Below, in pieces: positions 51,550-63,600 of a stretch of 64,000 bases of DNA. Each line of letters begins with the position of its first letter. Position 1 is the stretch's first letter. Under the pieces are notes generated by a model. It ran no database searches and was not told where the DNA came from. It saw only the letters and a program-made list of their open reading frames with translations. Source of the stretch: Protoeuglena noctilucae. Lineage: Eukaryota. The translations under genes and the position numbers were made by a program. The stretch spans positions 1,364,001-1,428,000 of the forward strand of contig OY253668.1 of assembly GCA_958009085.1 (NCBI GenBank). Reading direction: 5' to 3'.

Positions 51550-53074
51550 ATGGACGTCGCGAGCATCTGGGGGGGCTGGACGACGCGTCTGCTCCAAATG
51601 TGAGGCCTGCGCCACCTCAGACGAGGATCGCGGCATGGCACTTGCCGAGGAGGACTGGCACGGCCCGCCCGCTCCAGCCTTGCAGGGCTGCCACTCCACC
51701 CAAGGCTTTCCGCCTTGCGTGACCCGTATCGTGCGCTTTGCACCCGCAGCAACAACATCAGCGACGTCTGGCGCCTCTGTCTGATCGCGGCCGGTGCCTA
51801 CGGCGTCGTGCAGATCGTGCGGTCCTTGGTCGCCGACTGCGACCCGGTGCTGTGGGGCCGCACTGCAGTCCCCAAGGTATGAACTCCAAAAGGCGAGCAC
51901 AGCGATCCTGTGACGGCAGCACTGTATCCCCGCCACGTCGTATCTCTTTCTCCTAACCCAACCGTCGCAGGGGGCGTTCGCTGGCAAGGTCGTGTGGGTG
52001 ACCGGAGCGTCGCAGGGCCTGGGGAAGGTGCTGGCCGTCGAACTGGCGCGCCTGGGGGCGCGAGTGATTCTGTCCAGCCGTGGGCGCGATGCCCTGGAGC
52101 AGGTCAAAGCCGAATGCGTGTCGGCGCGGGCTGCGTCCGGGCTCGGTCCCACCGGGGGTGACGCACACGTCAGGGTACTGCCCCTCGACTTGACGAGCCC
52201 TGCGCAGGAGATCGCCAAGAAGGCCGAGGAGGCGGACGGGTTCTTCGGGCGCGTGGACGTGCTCATCCACAACGCGGGCGCATCCCAGAACGGGGCGTCT
52301 TGGGAGACCCAACCGGATGTCGACGAACAGATGATGCGCCTCAACGTCCTCGGGCCCATGGCTCTGACCAAGGCGAGTCGGCGCTTGGAGTGACGTCAGC
52401 TTGACCGCCGCATCAGCGCCACGCTCCCAGCGAGCTGCCCACATGCCTGATGCCCACCCTGCCTCAGGCCGTCGCCCGTCGCATGCGGGACGGTTGCCGT
52501 GCGGGGCAGTTCGTCGTGGTCGGGTCCGTCGCAGCCATCGTGCCTTCTCCGGGCCAGTCTACGTACTCGGCGACCAAGGCAGCGCTGCAGATGTTCCACG
52601 GGACGCTTCGTGCCGAAATGGCGGACCAGCGCATATCAGGCGAGTGGCGAAGGGTCACAGGGTGCTTCCAAAGCCGCTGCCGTGAGTGGGAAGAGGAGGG
52701 GCATGTGATGCGAACCCGGCGGCCGCTCTCTCTTCGCAGTGACGGTGGTCATGCCTGGCCCGGTCGGCACGGGACAGGGCGGCGAGGTCCGGAGCGTCTT
52801 TGGGCCGACCGGCCTGGTCAAGCAGCCCGCCGCCAAGAGATCCTCTCGGCTCGACCCGCGTCGCTGCGCCCAGCTCATGCTCGCGGCAGCGGCGCACCAC
52901 ATCCCAGAAGTCGTCATCTGCAAACACCCCGTCCTGCTGGTGTCGTGGATCACGCGATTCGTGCCTTCCCTCAAGTGGCCCCTGCTCGACTTCATCGGGC
53001 CGCGGCGGGTGAGGGCCATGAAAAAAGGCAAGGGCGGCTACAGCGTGACGGCCATGCTCAAGTCCCAGAGCTAG
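51550..53074 (+). CDS. Short-chain dehydrogenase/reductase, DHRS7-like
   Basis: GKVVWVTGASQGLG, DVLIHNAG, LNVLGP, GSVAA, YSATK catalytic motif, VMPGPV; two GC-AG introns. Confidence 0.92.
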
Positions 53075-53083
53075 AAAGCCCCG

Positions 53084-54427
53084 TCAGTTCCCCAGCCCAG
53101 TCCCCACCACGGCGTCCCTGTTGCTCAGCCGCGCAATCTCCTTGATGCTCTTGCCCCGGAACGGCGCCGGCGTGCCGTTCTCCGGGAACTTGTCGCTGCG
53201 GACCATCGCGTCCACGATGCCGAAGTCGATGGCCTCCTGCGGGCCCATGTAGTAGTCCCGGTCGGTGGCCTCCTCGATCTCCTCGACCGCCCGCCCCGTG
53301 AACTCCGCGTAAAGCTTGTGGATGACCTGCGGCCGCAGCAGGGGCAGGCGCTGCTCGCGCACTGCGCAGGGGGACTGCGCCCATCGTCAGTGCCAGGAGC
53401 TCCGAGCTGCTCGCCCGCATGGTCCTGGAGAGCTCGGTGGCCGTGATCTTGACCTCCTCCGAGGACCCCGCCACGTAGCCAAAGGGCTGGTGAATCATCA
53501 CACGCGCGTTGGGCATGACCATGCGCCGGCCCTTGGTGCCTGCAGCGAGGACCAGCGCCGCTGCGGGGGAGGGGCGAACGCGCGTGACGTGAGCTCCTGC
53601 CTCGGCAATGCATGGGATGTGGGGCGGCCTGGCGCCCCAAGCCAAGGCCGTTGGGCAGGCACCCACGCACCGGTCGAGTTGACCTGGCCGAATGCGACGG
53701 TGGAGATGGGGCACGTCATCTGCCGCATCACGTCCACGATGGCGAGCGCCGAGTAGGCCGAGGCCCCGCTGCTGTTGATGTACAGCTTGATCTCCTTCTT
53801 GGGGTCCATGCCCTCCAAGGCCAGCAGCGAAGCAACGAGGCGCGTCACCGTATCGTCGCCGATGCGCTCGCCGACGAACACGATCCGATTTCTGCGGGGG
53901 GCCAGGCGTCGTTCGCGTCGCAGGCTGCCTGCCGCGGCGCCGTGCGAGGCCGGTGGTTCCCGGGCACAGGAACACGCCCAAACACGTCCATGGCGCATGC
54001 ACCTGAACATGACGTCCTTGAAAGACGCCATCTCGCCGTCTGGGAGCCGGATGGCAGGGGCGATGATGGGCGAGTCCGCGCGGCGGTCCCGGCACAGGAC
54101 GGCGCACCTGAGGGGCGCGAGAGAGAATGTCCAGGCGTCGTACGCGCAGGAATCGAAGAAAGCGGCGCTGTGGTCGCCGTGGCGCTCCCCATCACACCCC
54201 CCTGGGGGAAACTCTGCCCCGATCCGCGCCTGTAAGACGCCGAGAGCACTGCACGGGGCCGCGAGCACCTCCCTTCAACACATCTGTCACCTTGCATGCG
54301 GCGGCGACGGGCAGGCGCCCACGCGTGTGGCGCTCCACACCCCCCCGGTCCTTGCTAGCGGGGCAGACGTCGACGACTCCCCCCTCGCCGTGCACCGCGG
54401 AGCACACGAGCTAGAGGCCATGCTCAT
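53084..54427 (-). CDS. clpP: Plastid Clp protease proteolytic subunit, ClpP6-type
   Basis: VMFR|NRIVFVGE, IKLYINSSG, AYSALAIVD, TVAFGQVNSTAAL, PNARVMIHQP, TDRDYYMGPQEAIDFGIVD; transit-peptide-like N-terminus. Confidence 0.9.
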
Positions 54428-54749
54428 GGTGGGGCTGGCGGAGGCGATGACGCGCAGAGCGCGCTGGAGGGGCGGTGGCAGCCGGTGCAGTGCTCTGCAG
54501 CCGTCTCCGTGTCCGCACGCGCGGCCAACGAGTCCTCAGAGATCAGGCGACAGGCAGGTCCGTCGGCCCCGGTAGAGGCAGGCCCGTTTGCTTCGTGACA
54601 GCGCCCGGATGACAGGGGTTTCTGGCTCGTAGGAAAGAGCTCGATTGCGCTCCCGCGTCCGCGGCACCGCGCTCAGTCGGCTCGCGGTTATCCCAAAGAG
54701 CGTGCCAGCGGCTGAGGGGAGAGTTTGCTGGGGAGAGGGGAGCGAGGCG

Positions 54750-55846
54750 ATGGCGTGCGTCGCGGCGCGGGCGCCCGCGGGCAGGGTGTCGGCGGTGGGG
54801 GCGCGGCCGGTGAGAGAGCCGCACGGCGACCCGGGCTCGCGCGGGCGGGCCTCCGCCGGGGTCCGTCGAGCAGCCGGGCGGCTTACTCGTTTTTCTTGGC
54901 GCCCGGGGCCCGCCTCGCGCCCCCTCGCTGGCCCGACGCGTTTCGTTTATCTCCCGAGAATGCGCTGCGCCGGGAGGGGAACGCCACCGGCGTCGGATGG
55001 AAGGGCACGGCCCCCGACACTCGCCGAGCAGCACAGCGACGGCCTCGCCCCGCGCCTCCTCGATGCGACAGGATGCCCGGCTTTGCTTTCGATTGGTTGC
55101 GGAACCGCGCACTTCGTCTCCGGCCCGCGCAGGTGGGGAGGCCGTTTGTGAGTCAATCGTCCTGTGTCCCGTGCGCGCGGGCTGTGGTTGCGGCGGCCGC
55201 GTCCGTGGAGGCTGAGGTCGTCGAGGCGAAGGGTCAGGAGGTGCAGGCCGTCCTGCGGTATGCCAAGGTGGGGCGGCGCGAGCGCGGGAACAATGGGTGT
55301 GGAGGGCGGCCGCAGCCTGGCCGCCCCGGGCGCCAGCCCCGCCCGCACGGCGCCCTTGCTGCGCACCGACGGCTGCGAGCGTGACTCTGCGCTACAGGGG
55401 GCTCCGAACAAGGTCCGCCGTGTCCTGGACACGATCCGGGGGCGTCCCTACGAGGAGGCCCTCATGATCCTCGAGTACATGCCGTACCGCGCGTGCGAGC
55501 CCATCCTCAAGGTGCGAGCCCCGACAGCGTGACCCCGTCAACCGCCCGAATCCCACGGGCCCGTGAATAGGCGCTCGTGGCGAGGCGGCTGCGCGGTGGG
55601 GACGTGCGGCGTGCGACCCCGAGCCATTCGCGTCGCCCGCAGTGCCTGGTGTCCGCGGCGGCGAACGCGAAGAACAACTACGACATGAAGAAGTCCAACC
55701 TGGTCATTTCCACGGCTTACGCGGACATGGGGCCCAAGATGAAGCGCTTCCGGTGCGGCGACCGCGGCAAGCCCCGGCCCTACAGCAAGCTCACGTCCCA
55801 CATTACCATCAAGGTCTCGGAGCGCCCCGCCGAGGCGCTCAACTGA
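54750..55846 (+). CDS. rpl22: Nucleus-encoded plastid 50S ribosomal protein L22
   Basis: Transit peptide [63 protein letters not shown]...GPKMKRFR...SHITIKV. Confidence 0.95.
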
Positions 55847-56125
55847 GCGCCGCGTGGGGACATGGGGCCATGTGCTAACATCCGCGAACCTCTCAATAAT
55901 GCTTTGAAACGTTTAGCCACCACCCCATCATGGCATCCATGGGGGCCGCCGCGAAACCTCACGGACACAGGAGAGGACAGCGAGCTACCCAGATGGCCTG
56001 CCGCCTGTAAAACCGAGTGGGCGCGTCCCGCAGGCTCGCCCGCAGACGTGCGGGCCTGCGCACGACAATGATGCCGGCGGGCCGGCTGCTAGAGGAAAGA
56101 CGGCTGCGCGTGAACGGAGCGTGGT

Positions 56126-57511
56126 CTAGCGCACGGGGGGAGCCTGGTTCCACTCCGCGGGGGGCTCCCACTGCAGGGGAAGAGACGGGCAGTGGTTCGC
56201 ATCGCGGTGCGCGCTGGAAGGCACAGGGCGAGGTCCACGGGCCAGCGGCGGCGAGAGATTCCCACCTGCGTCACGTTGGTCTCCGGGTGGTGGTAGTACG
56301 GGTCGCCCGACTCCTGGTCAATGTACATGAGCCACCCCTGCGGCCCCTGGGTGGGTCCCGTGTTGACCGGGCCGCCCTGCTGCGCCCCCATGCCAGCGCC
56401 TTGCGGGCCGTTGTACCCGCCCATCCCCCGACCGCCGCCGTAGCCGGCCCCTATGAAGCCCTGGGGTCCGCCGTACCCGTACCCCCCCGTCTGGGGCCCG
56501 CCGTAGCCTCCAGCGTAGCCCCCCGGGGGCATGCCGTACCCGCCGTACCCGCCGTCGAACTGCACGCAGCGGCCGGAGCCAGGATTCGCGGGATCGGCGT
56601 CCCAGGCCCGCGCAACGCCCCAAATGCGGGGAAGCCCCCCCATGCAGCGCCAGCACGCGGCCCTCACCCGGCCGCGACCCCCGCCGTAGCCCCGGCCACC
56701 GCCGTAGCCCCGGCCGCCGCCATTAAAGCCCGGGCCCCCGTAGCCCCCGCGGACGGGGGCGCCCGGCGTCCTCAGCTCATGGTCGCCGTGCGCAAAGTTG
56801 CAGCGCTCAGCGAAGCGACAATCGCCCGCAAGCCACCTGCGCGACGCGGGGCGGGGGCGTGGGGGATCCGGCCCGAGAGACCTGTCGAACCCGGTGTCGC
56901 GCTCCGAGCGGGCGATGGCGCCCGAGATAGCCTCCGAGCCTGTCGAACAACATAAATAGACCGCTGGAGGCGTGCCGAACGCGTTTGGGCCTCGGGACGC
57001 GCCACACCGGTCTTCGGGGCCCGCGGGCAGCAAGGCCCCGCGTCGCCGGGGCGCGGAGCAGGTGGACACGATCGCCGTAGATCGACAGAGACGTCGGCGG
57101 GGCCCACGCGTGGACTCGCCTGCGGCAAATCTTAGTCTTGGCGTTCTCCGCCGTTCCACGAAATCCCCTGCGCTGGAAGGACTGATCTTCCCCACCGCCG
57201 CGGCCAGCACCTGCGGGCGGGCGCCGCGGAGGGGTGATGGGCCTGCCGCGCGAGCCGTTACATCCGCACGCGGGGAGGTCGCCCGGGTCAGCGAAATCCG
57301 CCGTCGCCGCCGGGGATCCTCTGTCGATGCGCAATTGGATCCCCTGCGCCCCCGGGACGCGCCCCTTGCGCCGGCCTTTTCCCTCCCCAGACCCGAGGGG
57401 TCTCCCGGCGCGCGGGTGCGCCCACTCGGGGCCGGTGCGCAGGCCGGGGCGCGCGTAATCCCGCTAAAGCGAAGGGGACTCACCGTAATCCCCGAAACCC
57501 CCAGGATCCAT
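56126..57511 (-). CDS. CCCH zinc finger, RGG/YGG-rich, WW domain protein
   Basis: KTKICRR|WLAGDCRFAERCNFAHGDHELR; GGRGYGG repeats; GWLMYIDQESGDPYYHHPETNVTQ|WEPP. Confidence 0.85.
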
Positions 57512-57774
57512 AGTGCTAGGCGTGAGCGAGGTCTAGGGAGCTCTTCCTACTGCCCCTAAGAGACATGGGCAGACCTAAGGTCGCTTTCCTAAGCGAGCGC
57601 GTCAATCACAGGCGCAGGGCGTGCGCGGCCCTTGAGGATCTTGGGGGTCTGACCGTCAGACCGCGTGTCGCGTGCGTTGGGAGAAAACCTGCGGGGCCTA
57701 TCATCGAGGGTGGTCAAGCACACGGGGCTACCACCGGGGCGCGAGGAGGGATCGGAGTTGGGGCCCACGCCAGC

Positions 57775-58605
57775 ATGGGCAGCGGCGGGGGCACGGGCGT
57801 GGCGGACGCGGAGGGCGAACTGCTCGACATGGTGGACGAGGAGAACCGCGTCGTAGGGCAAGAGCTCAGGGGCAAGGTACCGGCGCGGCCGCTGCCCTGA
57901 CGCTGCGGCACGTGCTGGGCGGGAGATGGTCGATGCGACTGTGCCCCGCCATGCACGCAGTGCCATCGCGAAGGCATACGTCATCGAGCCGTGTACTGCC
58001 TGCTGCTTGACGCGGACGGTCGCCTCCTGCTCCAGAGGAGATCGCCGGCGAAGAAAATCGCCCCCAGCAAGTGGGACTTGAGCGTCGCGGAGCACCTCGG
58101 GGTGGGAGAGGAGTACAGGGCGGCCGCAGCCCGGGGCCTCTGGTGAGTCCCAGCGTCGTGCGTCCTGGGTGGCGGTGTTGGCGATCTCGGCCCGAGTCGA
58201 CTCCTCGCATCTTTGGGTGCGCAGGGAGGAGCTCGGCGTGACCTGCCAGGACCCTGAGGCCCTGGTGCCCCTCACCGAGCCGCACAAGCACGAGGTGGTA
58301 GAGCCAAGCATCGGGGTGTGCGACAGGGAATTCGTGCAGACGTTCGCGATGCGCGGATATGCGGGGCCGGTGACGATGGATCCGGCAGAGGTGAGGCGAA
58401 ACCATGGCTGGCGAACGCGGGGTGGCAACGGACACGCCAAGCGCACCTCGCCCGACACTTGCAGGTGGCGGAGGTGCGTTGGGTCGGGGTCCACGAGCTG
58501 AGAGCGGAGATGGCGTCCAGCCCGGACAGTTTCACCCCCTGGTTTGTCCGAGAGTTTTCGCGGGAAGACATCTCCACGGCGTTGGCAGAAGCGCCCCGTG
58601 CGTGA
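57775..58605 (+). CDS. Nudix hydrolase (IDI/YfcD-like)
   Basis: LLDMVDEENRVVG, HRAVYCLL, LLLQRRS.AK, WDLSVAEH, GEEYRAAAARGLW|EELGV, FTPWF. Confidence 0.88.
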
Positions 58606-58791
58606 CCTGACTTAGGTTCCCAAGAAACATAAGAGAGAAAATGAGACAGCGACCATGTACAGGGTGCGCCTGGGTCTGCTCTCGCTGTGGCACTTCAAGC
58701 ATGGCCTTGCTCACGCACAGCGGGTGCTGTGGAGCTGGCATGGGCTCATGCTATGAGCCAGCCTGACTCAGGTCTGGACAAACGCCTTGCG

Positions 58792-59304
58792 TCAAGAGAG
58801 GATGATCTGCAAGCGGAGAGAGCACAGGAAGACGTCATGTGCCTGAGCGGTGCGGCCCTGCGGTGCAGCTCAGCGAACGACAGCCCGTGGAGCGGCACCT
58901 GGTTGACAGGGATAAACACAAGCTTGACAACGAAGCCAATGAACCCCATCATGGCGAAGCCGATCGCCGTCTTGGACGCGATCTTGTTGTACTCGCGCCT
59001 GCAGGGGCAGGGCTCGCTTGCTGGCGCTGAGCCGACGCGCGGCACCCCTCAAAGCGCTACCCATCCCACGCACAAAAGGTCTCAAATGACGCTCCGGCGG
59101 ACACAACGGGCATCGGGTCCCCCACCGGCTCCCGCAGGGCGGTGGCAGCAGCGGAGCATGTGCGCTGGGCTTGGCGGGCCAGGGGATGCACAGCGCTCGG
59201 GCCCACGGGGCTCCTGGCAATCACCTGTCGGGCTTGACGCACTTGCGAAGGAACATCGTGCAGTTCTTCACGAACTCCTTGGAGGGCTCAACAACGACGT
59301 CCAT
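58792..59304 (-). CDS. SEC61G: Protein transport protein Sec61 gamma subunit
   Basis: [55 protein letters not shown]. Confidence 0.96.
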
Positions 59305-59731
59305 CTTCCCCGATCAGGCCCCACCCGACTCTTCGCCGGTGATAAGAGCCCGCACCCGCCCTGGACGCAGTGCCGCAGCGCCGCGCTCTCCGCTCCCTGA
59401 GCTGAACTTCGCTCTCCGAGATCCCCTCTTTCCCTGCACTGTCGGAAGCCTGCACGACCCGGCGAGCGCAAAGTAAGCAGCGCCCGCCACCGAACGGCCT
59501 TTTCAACCGCCCGCAGGGGGTCTAAACGCCAGAATCTGGCATGGAAAGTAGCCGCGGCTTGGTCAATCTAGGACGATTCCACGGCCCAGTGCGCGGGGTT
59601 CGCTTACCGTGGCTCATCGATCAATAGTTGGACGCATCCCACGGCTCTAAGCTCGCCGGCGCCCGGCTCATCGTAGCTCGCGGAGGACGATGCGCCCAGG
59701 GGAGGGCGTGGCCCAGGACAGCCTGCAGGAG

Positions 59732-60213
59732 ATGATGGCGTCGGAGGACAACATCGCAGAGAGCTGGGCACTGGACCCGCCCGCTGACAGGGTCGCGGTG
59801 ATTGGCTTGCGCGCGTGCACCACGGCGAGGCAATGCTCGGCCGTCGTCCTGCCACACCAGCCTCGCCCTCTCGACCTTTGCAGGACCGCAAGGTTGTGCA
59901 GGTCATGCAATCTCAGTTGCCTGACGACGTGGACGAGGCGGACATGCGCTCGAAGCCACAGCAGGACGCCATCGACCTGTTGCGCGCAGGTGGGATCCCT
60001 GGGGGCCTCGGCAAGGTCACTCCGAGTGACCTTTGCCATGGCTCATGGCCTGCAGTTGTCGCCTGCCCTGCCTATCCCACAAAGCCCCCCGCCTTCGTGC
60101 AGCCGCGAGGCAAGACGCGTCACGACGACACTAGGGCGGCACATCCCGCGGCCTTCGTTCGTATTCACATTCCGCCTCTATATCCATTCCTAGCGAGCAT
60201 CCACGAGAATTGA
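59732..60213 (+). CDS. Small hypothetical protein
   Basis: Coding-like exons MMASEDNIAESWALD and DRKVVQVMQSQLPDDVDEADMRSKPQQDAIDLLRAGGIPGGLGK flanked by splice-like sites; boundaries uncertain. Confidence 0.4.
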
Positions 60214-60655
60214 GGAAAGCGAGAAAAGTGCGCAACGAACAGGTAGATCCCAACGTCCACAACGCAGCCACTTGCTGGGCGACGCAACAATGTTGTAGGC
60301 GCGGCAAATGAAGTCACTGGTCACGGGACAGTCCCACTAAGCTAATCATCTAGGCCATATAGACACAGCGCGCACAGGCGAGCGCTACGCGGTGCAAGGG
60401 CTCCAGGGCGCAGCGCTCGCAGCAACGTTGGGACCCCTCGGGCGAGTATGCGGCAGGGTTCGCGAGAGCTGTGCGTGCGGGTGCCCACGGTGTGCGGGGG
60501 GTCGTACTCCTAGAGGCCGCACTGGTGCTACTCCCTAGGAGATGCAAGGAACGCTGCCGGGAGCTTCCGGCGCAGCTACGAACACAACACAGGAACAAAA
60601 CAACCCACACCCTCCTCGCGTCACACCCAACCATGATTGCTTGGCCGAACCCACC

Positions 60656-63600
60656 CTAGCACGCAGGCGTCTGCTCGTCACGAGGTATCGTGTCCACGCC
60701 CTCTAGCATACGCCCGGGCTGCGAGACCTTCGCCAGCCGAGCCGCCACCTCCCCCTGCACCCTCGGCGACCTGCAGTCGGCCCCCTCCCTCTCCCCCTCC
60801 ACCCCCGCCTGCTCCTCCGTCTGCTGGCTGGAACTGTCAGACACCCGGGGCGCAGAGCCCGGCCCGGCCTCGCCCGCGTCGACCTCGGCAGCCGGGCTCG
60901 GGCGCACCGAGGGGGTGGGCCGCAGCGCGATGGAGCTGACGCCGCGGAGGACGCCGCCGGGCCGCGGGTCCGACTGGGAGAAGAGGGAACGCGAGGTGGG
61001 GGCCACCGGCACTTCGCTGCCGGATGGACAGTCCGCCACGGGCGCGGCGAGGGACTTGGAAGCTATGGGGTCGAGGCGCCGCCCGTGCGGGAGCGGGGCC
61101 GGGGGGACTGGGACGGCCGCGGTGAGCGAGAGGGACGAGGGCGCGGCCCGTGGGGCGCGAGGCCCCGCGACCAGCGAGGTCGCGTGGGTCGCGTCGGGCC
61201 CAGCGACGCGCGACCCCGAGCGCGGGGGCATCGCGCCGAGTGGGGCCTGGGCGCCGCGGGCCGCGTCCGGCAGGTCTGCGGCGTCGGAGGCGACGCGGTG
61301 GCTCACGGCGCGGCGGAAGGCGGCAGCGGCGGAGACGCCCTGGACGTCGCGGGGCACGACGAGGGAGCCCGCGCTGGGGGGCTTGCTCCGCATGCCCTCG
61401 CGGGCCGCACGCCGCACGGCGTCCATGGGCCCTGATGCCTGGGGCATGTTGCGAGGTGGGGACGCAGTGGGACGCTCCCCGCTGAAAGAGGCCGGGGCGT
61501 CCTGGCGGCCGCTGGACGGGCCCCGGGAGGAGCGCCGCGCCAAGAAGGACTGCGGGCAGAGCGGGGCGCCGCGTGGCTACAGGTCAGCCGCAGTGCACAA
61601 GCGAGGCATCGCATGTTGCGCGATGGGCGCAGGAGGAAAGCGCGTTCCTCACCGCAGCTCCGGCGCGAATGCGCGACATGGTGCTCGTACGGGAGGGCGG
61701 GTCCCGCTCGATGTTGATCTCCTTGACGGCGACTGCGGGAGGGCAAGCACGGGCAGCAAGCCTCGGCACGCCGCGAGAGGTGCTCCGCCGAGCGGCGAGC
61801 TGCGATATGACGCGGAGTCGAACCAAAGCTCCGCACGGCACGCGGGCGCCGCAGTGCCCGTCCGCATCTCGCCTGTGTCCAGGAACTGCGCAGCGATGCG
61901 GAATTGCGCCTCCGAGGGCCCCTGGAGCCGGCTGCGAGAGGAGGCCCGGATGGACAGCAGCGACTTGAGCTTCCGGAAGCTGCCCTGCCCCGCGTCCGCC
62001 TTCCGCCCCATGCTGGCCTTGCGCATGGCGCTTGCGATGGACTGCTGTCGCTTCCACGCGTTGGCCACCTCCTTCGCCCGCAAATGCCGCTCCCTCTCCA
62101 GACGCAGCATCAACAGCGCTGCGAACTGCGCACAGAAGGCCAAGGGAACCCCCGGTTCCATTCACGCTGCATCCCCCAGCTGCCGTGCGTGGGAGTATCT
62201 CGCATGGCGGCATCCCAGCGCTCTTGCTGCTCCCCGTTGGGTCTGCTGGACCGAATTCTCACCTCCTCCACCTCCTCCGGCGTCTGCCCGAGCTCCATGC
62301 CCTCCCCCTCCGCCTGCCGCCGCACGCCCCCGACCGCGGCGCGCCCGTCGTCCCCGCCCTCGTGCATCAACGCGGCCTCCGCGTCCACGGCCGCCGCAGC
62401 CGCAGTCGTGGGTGACACCAGAGCCTGAGGGCAGCTCAGGACACACGCGATGCGGACCGACGCCCATGGGTGCCGCAGCCTGGCACGTCATCTGCTGCAG
62501 AAAACGCATAACTCTGGCACGACATGACTCACTTGCAGCCACGACGGCCCCTTCTGCAGCATTATACTCAGCCGGCTCCCCACACGCCCCATCTCCCCAT
62601 CCCTCCGGCTCCCCGACTTGCGGACTGATGGCCTCTGCCCTGCTCCCCTGTTATCTGCGAAACGGGCAAGATACAGGCTACATTTGCATTCCCCAGCCAC
62701 ACAGGTGAAATCATTCGCACTGCTACTGCTCCCCGCCGCACCGCCTGCGGCCCCGTCGCCGTGCTCGCCACCGCCGTCACCATCAGGCACTGGGATACCA
62801 CGCACCTGCCTCGGACGTACTGGTACCCGCGGCAGGCGCGGGGCTGTCCGCCTCTGCCGCCTCCCCCCTGCCCCCGCGCGTGCTGCCACCGGCCAAGTCC
62901 GCCGCGGACCCGTGGGCCGCGAGGTCCCCCTTCCTGGAAGAACGGCGCTTGCCGGCCCCCAGCTCCGCGCTGATGAACGAGGACCCGGCAGCGGGGAGAC
63001 CGCCCCCCAGCCGGGACGCCGCCCGGCCGCGCGTGCCCCCCTCGCCCACGCTCTCGCGACCCTGGCTCGCCCTCTGCTGGCTCGCGCCCGTGCTCTCCTC
63101 CCCCTCCCCCTCTGGGATGTGGTCCAGCGCCCCCCGCTCGTCCTCCGCGGCCCCCGCCATGCTCCCCTGTCCCAGGTCGCTGGCCCTGCCTCCCAGGCTG
63201 CTCGCCCAGCCACCCAAGTCGCTGCTCCGCCCTCCCAGTTCGCTCCTCCGTGCCCCCAGGTCGCCGTCCCCCGGCATGGACGACGTGGGGCCGTACCCGC
63301 CCTTGCCGATGCCCAGGTCCAGCAGACTCCGAGAAGACCGACGCATGAAGTCCTGAGACGCCCCTGCACAGGAGTCGGTTGCGTGGGGGTGGAGCGGGGG
63401 GTGGAGCGGGGCGCAAGGGCTGCTCGTCTCAAATGGTCGGAGGCACGCGTGGCGGTCGGCTGCGGGAGCGCAGAGGTGTCGAGCACGCCTCACCTGACCG
63501 CTTGGCCTTGAGCCACTTGCTCTTGCCCCTCACAGGTGGCGGGGGCGCCGAGCTGAGTTGCGGGGTGGGGCAGGGGACCACGAGCATGTCGAGCACGGAT

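Noticed and set aside
54750..55846. Nuclear rpl22 as a novel endosymbiotic gene transfer
   Set aside because: rpl22 is generally nucleus-encoded in chlorophytes; useful for taxonomy only
60690..62708. 672-aa plus-strand ORF and many other long overlapping ORFs (e.g. 21838-23235, 11444-12622, 6759-7976)
   Set aside because: Antisense or off-frame shadows of real genes in GC-rich DNA; no recognisable motifs
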